From contig NC_135255.1 in the NCBI RefSeq assembly GCF_964204865.1, positions 10,416,001 through 10,480,000 of the forward strand: 64,000 bases of DNA, written 5' to 3'. A program made the position numbers and the translations under genes. Every line of letters begins with the position of its first letter. Position 1 is the stretch's first letter. The stretch comes from Styela clava (Eukaryota). This document shows, piece by piece, positions 58,509 to 64,000 of this stretch. Under the pieces are notes generated by a model. It was not told where the DNA came from. It did no database searches and worked only from the letters and a program-made list of their open reading frames with translations.

Positions 58509-61500
58509 GACCAAATGCTTAGATTCAGAGATTGCAGGATTAGTAATGTTCAGTCTTTTGTCTTTAACGATCAGAGGCAGATAGCCTGAATAGACAGATA
58601 CAGGGCAGAATAGCAGAACAATCTCACACTGCGTTGTCGTTGGGAATGAAAGTAAACACAGAAACAAGGCAGACTACTAGACTATAGGCTACACCAAACG
58701 GCAAAACTCTAATGAGATAACCAATTTACTCATATACCATCATCGTCAAACGTGCAGTAGAATCGTTAGACTCAAACAAATCAGTACCGGTATTCAGTAG
58801 TCTTAATTAAGTCTACATTATAATAATACACAATTTTCCAAATGGTTCGAGTACAATTGCTCTACTACGCGACGCTTCGATCAATGCAAGGAATACCACA
58901 AGCTGCTACGGAATGTTGCACAAACTCTCTCTCAGGAAGACTCTAAACAAGATATGACTCACACAATGAGTGTTAGTAGGGAAAACAATGGTTTGTATTA
59001 GTTCACCACAACATGAAATATAGCACAGCACTTCTCACGGAGGGTTTACGACATTCATATTAACAAGGCTCTGGATAAGAGGAGACTGATATATTTGGCT
59101 CTACTATGCTTTCGGAACGACTGAAAGCTTATCGTAATGAACTCTTTGTAGTAATTATATTTAATTGGAATGCTTGCCTCTATTCTCTTGTGGACATGGA
59201 TTCTGCAGCAAATAATAGAGTAACTCTTCAAGAAAATATACGAAATTTAAAATAATCAATATTGTGTACGCATAAAACCGCCCAAGTCGAAGGCCATTTA
59301 ACACTCTACCCAGCGTTATTTTAATAACCGTGACACATGATTCGTATTACTCACACTTATAAAAAATAAAAATATATCCTAACATATAGACTCCAATAAC
59401 AATGTGATTGTATGATGTGACACCACAATAGAATTTGTCAGCATAAGTATCTACAAATAAAACGTTGTTGTTTTTGTCTTTTGTTAGCCATTTACAGCAT
59501 TTTTCTTGACAAACGGCTTATATATGTCTCAACGCGGTTACATGAACACTATGTACTTCGTGTTTATTAATTAAACAATGAATATCGTCAGTTTTAAATT
59601 TTCTACAATAGCACAATCTCGTCCTTGAATTGGATTTACTTCGTGACTTCGAGTTTTATCTTGCTAAACATTTTGTTTAATTATGCGCGATGTCGATGTT
59701 CTCGCGGTTTCAACCCAATCATGTTGTCTGGGCTGTTCATAATTATGGCCATAAAGCAAAGCGATGAAGTATTTCGCATTGTTATTTTGCCACCTCTTCC
59801 TCTTATAGACAATCGAAATTTCAATTCACCGAATAGACAGATAGGCGACAGATAGTACTTAATATGCACTTCATACAATTAAGGATGAATTACTAAATCA
59901 ACTCACTAAACTAAACAATGAAGTTTAGTAATAACGAACTTGACGCTCTTACAGAAAGGGTATATTTGGAAAGGGTTGTGTTGATATACCTAGAAGAACT
60001 ACGGCTCGTTTTCTTCTCAATGTAGTCCACTCAACATCGGCCATGATTATTTTCCCTTTCTGCAAAAACTTCGTATCGGCTGATATTGCAAAATTGAGGT
60101 AAATTGAACATTTTTTCAGGACGTAGATATGCAGTATGATGAACCAATACGGGTGTGATTCATTGTTCCGTTTGCGGTCTCCCTTTTATAGTCACTAAAT
60201 AAATATTAAGGCTAGAAACTTCCTAACAATGGTAGTTCAGCTATAAAGTTTAAGTAGCGTCAATTTTTTTTTCGGCCTCGTAAAATGTAGAAAAGATGTA
60301 TGTATTTACTTAAATCGTTTTAGATGTTCATGTTAATATAAAGAAAATTATAGATCAGATATTTGACTTCTTAACTTTCCGGTTCATTCCAATATGAATA
60401 TAATTATAAAATAAGATAAGTTCATTCATCATTATTCTTTTCTAGCGTTTATATTTGAATTTTTTATATATATTTCAAATATATTTATATTTGGCTTTCA
60501 TGCTTACTCATTCAAACTTCAGCTCTATAAAATTGATCAAAGATAATACCCCGAAGATTATTAAAAAGCCCCAAAAATTTAGAATATATCTATAACAATG
60601 CTTTTAAAATTCATGTCATCTCAAGAAATTTATCTATACCCCTTCCTAAGCATGGTCAGATATAACGAGTTGCAAAGTTTCTCTAGAGCTAATAAAGAAA
60701 ATTCAGTAACAACTATGATTAATTCAAAAATGAAGAATGAAAGATAAGTTGTGGGCGCTAATATTTGATATGGGATTTATAGTGCAAATAAAAATAATAT
60801 TTTTCTTAGAAGCCGAATTATATGTCGGCTGACGCAAAAAGACTTCATTGTTCAATCTTTCATATCATATATACTGTATAAATACGCACATAAAATTTCT
60901 GAAAGAACGGTATTGCAATTTAACCGCACATATAGCACTCGACTTTGATTATCAGAACTCATATATATGTGAAAAAAATTGTGAATATAGTACTGGTCTC
61001 CCTAGTAAATTAAGCCTTCATACGTGTCAATTAGCTGGCTGAGCAAATTTAATATTCACAAAATTAGAAATGATTTTCCAGCTGAACATATTTAGTGAAT
61101 CTTTTATTTAAGATATATACGTATGGAAGGGCCATTGTTTAGCGTAGGTCATAAAGTACGTGTTTGCTTTTTGTGTACGCGCTTTTAAAGCCTCATAAAT
61201 AGACGATGTCTGGGTTCCATGGAGACAGTTGAACTAACGAACGTTTATCGGCAGTTTAGTGGAATGATGGATATTGTTCGGAAGCATTAGGATAATTTGT
61301 ATGTCTTTCAATTGGCCAACACAATGACAAATATTTTAAACATAGTTTAGTTATGAGGGGAAACTCTCTGAAAACGGAAAAATCTGTTGGCGTTGAGGTA
61401 AGATTTAAAGTAAATGATGTTACTGTCCATTAAGGCCATGCCTAGCAGGGAAAATATCTATATTTCCGAGTCACATTTGGTACGAGGTATGTTGCTCGTT

Positions 61501-64000
61501 TGTCAAATACCACGCAGAAGAATTTTTTTAGTCGATATTTGTCGCAGTAGCAATACGGAAACAACACAGAAAAATTAACAATTTTTTAATATTCTCCACT
61601 GCCAGTTTGCGCGACTTACCGCATACTTTTCCATGGACGAATGGCAATATTGGTGATTGCGTCACAGTCATTTTCGAGCTTTGCCTCATCTTTTGCTATG
61701 CTGAAATATTCTAAATATGAGACTGATTCATTCGCGCTCACGACAACATTGTATCAGTTACAGGTTTGTTACAAAACGTGTTAAATACATTAGTTGGAAT
61801 CTTTACGAGTTTCCAATAATTAACTTTAAGGTTGATCTGTTTTACCGAGTACAGATTTCTTATAGCTAGCTGGTGCACCGTTGTGACAGTGTTAAAATCT
61901 TACGCGTCTCAAAGTTTCAGAGTAAAGATGTTCGGAAAAGAGTGTCCTGTTATTTTACTGTTTTTCAGTTGATATGTGTTACAATACATTACCAGGTGAT
62001 TACTCAGATATTATATTACCTAAACTCCATCCCGCACACGCGAGTTATTGTCTTATGTCCTTTGTTTTGAACAAGTTTGCTTCCTGTCAACAATGTCCGA
62101 GCGGGCGTTACAGATTGTTTTGACTCGCATCGATTCGGTTTACGTACGATATTTTGAATGGAATTATTTGCGTCATGAAAAGTTCAGATAGATCTAGAAA
62201 AATTAGCATAAGACCAGATGAGGGCAACTATGCTTTGGATGAAAGTTCGAGTGAAAAGTTTACGTTGTTAGTATTGAATAGATGGAATACATTATACACT
62301 GAACACGGGGAATATTATAGAGGGTTTTAATTTGATGAAGTGATGGTCTGGGAAATATGCTGAAAAAAGGTAGTGCCGTTATGACATTTTGTCCGGTGCT
62401 TCATACAATTTTTTTACTTTCTTGCACTGTGCACGAATTGATCGCCAACATTTTTGATGTTATTTTTGTTGGTTTGATGTGGATTTTGATTGACTTAATT
62501 CTAGTTGTCTCATTGTATGAGTTCGCTCAATATATACATTAAATGATCACTATACTATTCATATCTATATCAAGTTTGAAGTTGTTGCGAAAATTTTTCT
62601 CAGTTAGAAGCAAGAATTTATCCTCTTCCTAGGGTTTACTTCCTCTGCTTATAGTAGAGGAAGTTATTTTAGTTATAGTTTAGTTTTAGTTATTTTTTTT
62701 AATCCACGCAGAAATTATGTAAGGGATGTAATAGTCAAGGAGGTAGTTATCATATACTGAATTCGATGACGCAAAAATGGCCGAGTTATGACAATTAATC
62801 TTGCGGTATTCGACTTCAACCCGTATATAATGGGCTGTGAACCCTACTTTGCGGATTTGAAGTGTTGATTGATAAGACACTTGATGACCCATGTCCCTAA
62901 AAGTTTTGATCACTTGTATTACTGAACCTTGATTTGATCGAGAACTGTTAGCGATCGATTAAATATTTGATAAATTAATTCACTCATCTTTGAGCCCAAA
63001 AATTAACTGAAAACAGAACACGAGAGCTGGTTCAAATGATATTATGACGCCATAATCACAGTATTGTTGCTATGGGAGGCGGCGTGTGTGGTATTATTAA
63101 CGTGCTGAGTAGTGTTATCTTTGGTTTTTGTGCAATTAAAAACTTTTTATTTGGATAGACTATCTAACTAATAACCGAAAGATCAATTCAGATAAATGAG
63201 TGTATGATAATGTAATAGGGATACAGGTGCGCTGGTAAATTCGTTTGTAATCAGTACAGAAGGCTGTAACTTAGGTTCAACCTGAAACGACTGGTGCAGT
63301 ATCACATTAACTGATAATATGGAATCCATTCAGTATTTTAGTAGATTTAGGCAAGCTAATTGCGATTATTGTTGAACTTTTCATACTCAAATATCCATAT
63401 GCTAATAGTGGTAGATATTCTAATGACTAACGCACTCTTTAGTTATTTATTTGTAATAATAAGCGAATAACAATTGTGAAATTACATTGTCTATTTTCCT
63501 TTTTAACAATATTGACTTAACGCGTGCCTAATTGTTTGTACGCAACTTTGGATCTTCTTGACGCGGCAAACTGGTTTTGAAAGTGTGCTTAGAAGTATTG
63601 TATGAAAAGCTAACAATGTACGTAAGCGGTACTTCATAGCCACCAAGTTTTCCCCCAACGCTTCGAAGAAACACATTTGTAGAATAGGTCTGAATATATG
63701 TGTAATTCACATCAATTGGGACTTTAAAATCATTCATTTTCATTCGATCTTAGTTCATTTAAAGTTTCTGATATTAATAAAAAAGAATTATACATTGTCT
63801 GTATTTCAACAGAGACTTCTAATCGTATTCTGCTTTATTTGAATGTCTCTTGCCTACCGGTACTTGGTTGAAAAGCATGTTTAAAGAACATCACTCAGTC
63901 AAATGCGAATAATTATACTGTAGTTAAAAAAAGCCACCATGCCACTCCGTGCACCTACTGTAAAGCAAAATTTTGACTTTGCGACTGTACAACGTAGAAG

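Noticed and set aside
58509-58667. N-terminal extension of the FBXW9 first-exon ORF
   Set aside because: It begins at a non-ATG codon; the first in-frame ATG is 58508.

Overview
AT-rich eukaryotic (invertebrate animal) genomic DNA with short GT-AG introns, patchy CpG depletion and many MITEs/SINEs; a tunicate-like source is plausible but cannot be proven from this window. The right half (31-58.5 kb) carries four conserved genes: a single-exon sugar-1-phosphate nucleotidyltransferase, a single-exon RABGAP1, an 8-exon SLC39A11/ZIP11 and a 7-exon FBXW9. A complete but stop-interrupted Ty3/Gypsy LTR element lies between RABGAP1 and ZIP11, and nested hAT-type elements fill ZIP11 introns. The left half (1-28 kb) is a rapidly evolving, TE-riddled region arranged partly as a degenerate inverted duplication. 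It holds three copies each of two small spliced gene families that the ORF track breaks into fragments. Family A is a leaderless ~177-aa predicted beta-trefoil with by-eye resemblance to IL-1-family motifs. Family B is a predicted fascin/lectin-like beta-trefoil with a hydrophobic tail. A full-length pogo (DD35D) transposon with a catalytic D->N change also sits here. The paired A/B cluster is the best candidate for something undescribed. All homology calls are manual and need database or structure searches.
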